From Vicugna vicugna (lineage: Eukaryota), in the NCBI GenBank assembly GCA_013265495.1, contig MU058221.1:372001-436000 (forward strand): a stretch of 64,000 nucleotides of DNA, written 5' to 3'. Made by a program: the position numbers and the translations under genes. Positions 63,726 through 64,000 of the stretch are shown one piece after another (the stretch's first letter is position 1; each line of letters starts with the position of its first letter). The notes under the pieces were generated by a model, which was not told the origin of the DNA, made no database searches, and worked only from the letters and a program-made list of their open reading frames with translations.

Positions 63726-64000
63726 TAAAGCAACTCCCATTGCAATGCCTCATGAGCACAATTAGATCTTTTGAATTTGGGGAAAATATATGGGACTGTT
63801 GATTAACTGGATAACCTCCCTGGGGAAATCTAACATACAAGATGCCGGTATCTTCTTGTTGGTTTAAATTGACTCTTTGAGATCATTTGATATAACTCTG
63901 CAGTTTCTGCCATAGGTAAGTCTCATCATGTACTTAACGTGCTCCTCTATCTGGAAACCTGACTGGGGCAGTAACGCTTTCCGACTGGACCCCAGGGAGG

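Larger units (their letters stand above)
33151..64000 (-). other. LRRTM4: Distal part of the very long last intron of LRRTM4
   Basis: No LRR- or TM-coding exon in the window. In human the preceding exon is hundreds of kb upstream (recalled gene structure). Confidence 0.8.

Noticed and set aside
33151..64000. Recursive splice sites (polypyrimidine-AG|GTAAG) in the long intron
   Set aside because: I found no convincing minus-strand match by eye; a motif scan would be needed to exclude them.
1..64000. CRISPR arrays, operons, rRNA/snRNA genes, processed pseudogenes or a novel multi-gene system
   Set aside because: No regularly spaced repeats or recognisable RNA genes. The remaining short ORFs have no recognisable homology and mostly fall in repeats.

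Overview
Mammalian genomic DNA, AT-rich and repeat-dense. A tRNA-derived SINE and the young L1 3' ends point to a camelid (inference). The only supportable protein-coding sequence is the minus-strand terminal exon of the long isoform of LRRTM4 (32929-33150, 73 codons ending ...FIATIARSAAPALYLERITN*). Its 3' UTR and tandem AATAAA signals run down to about 32000. Everything above 33151 is the distal end of the very long last LRRTM4 intron, and everything below about 32000 looks intergenic. The rest is L1, L2, MIR, MaLR/ERV solo LTRs, hAT fossils and microsatellites; repeat family names come from memory of consensus sequences, not from a search. The most notable signal is a set of sharp, short GC/CpG peaks in an AT-rich background (about 14.0-14.8 kb, 32.5-33.3 kb and 54.5-54.7 kb, plus milder ones). 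One sits on the LRRTM4 exon: 71 of 73 third positions are G/C and many residues have shifted to Gly/Ala/Arg/Pro relative to the human sequence as I recall it. Another appears to be an ancient L1 3' UTR rewritten by AT-to-GC changes. Together these suggest lineage-specific GC-biased gene conversion hotspots that remodel a conserved synaptic protein tail and create orphan CpG islands. Two candidate unannotated phase-0 exons lie in the intron. I see no CRISPR array, RNA gene or novel multi-gene system.
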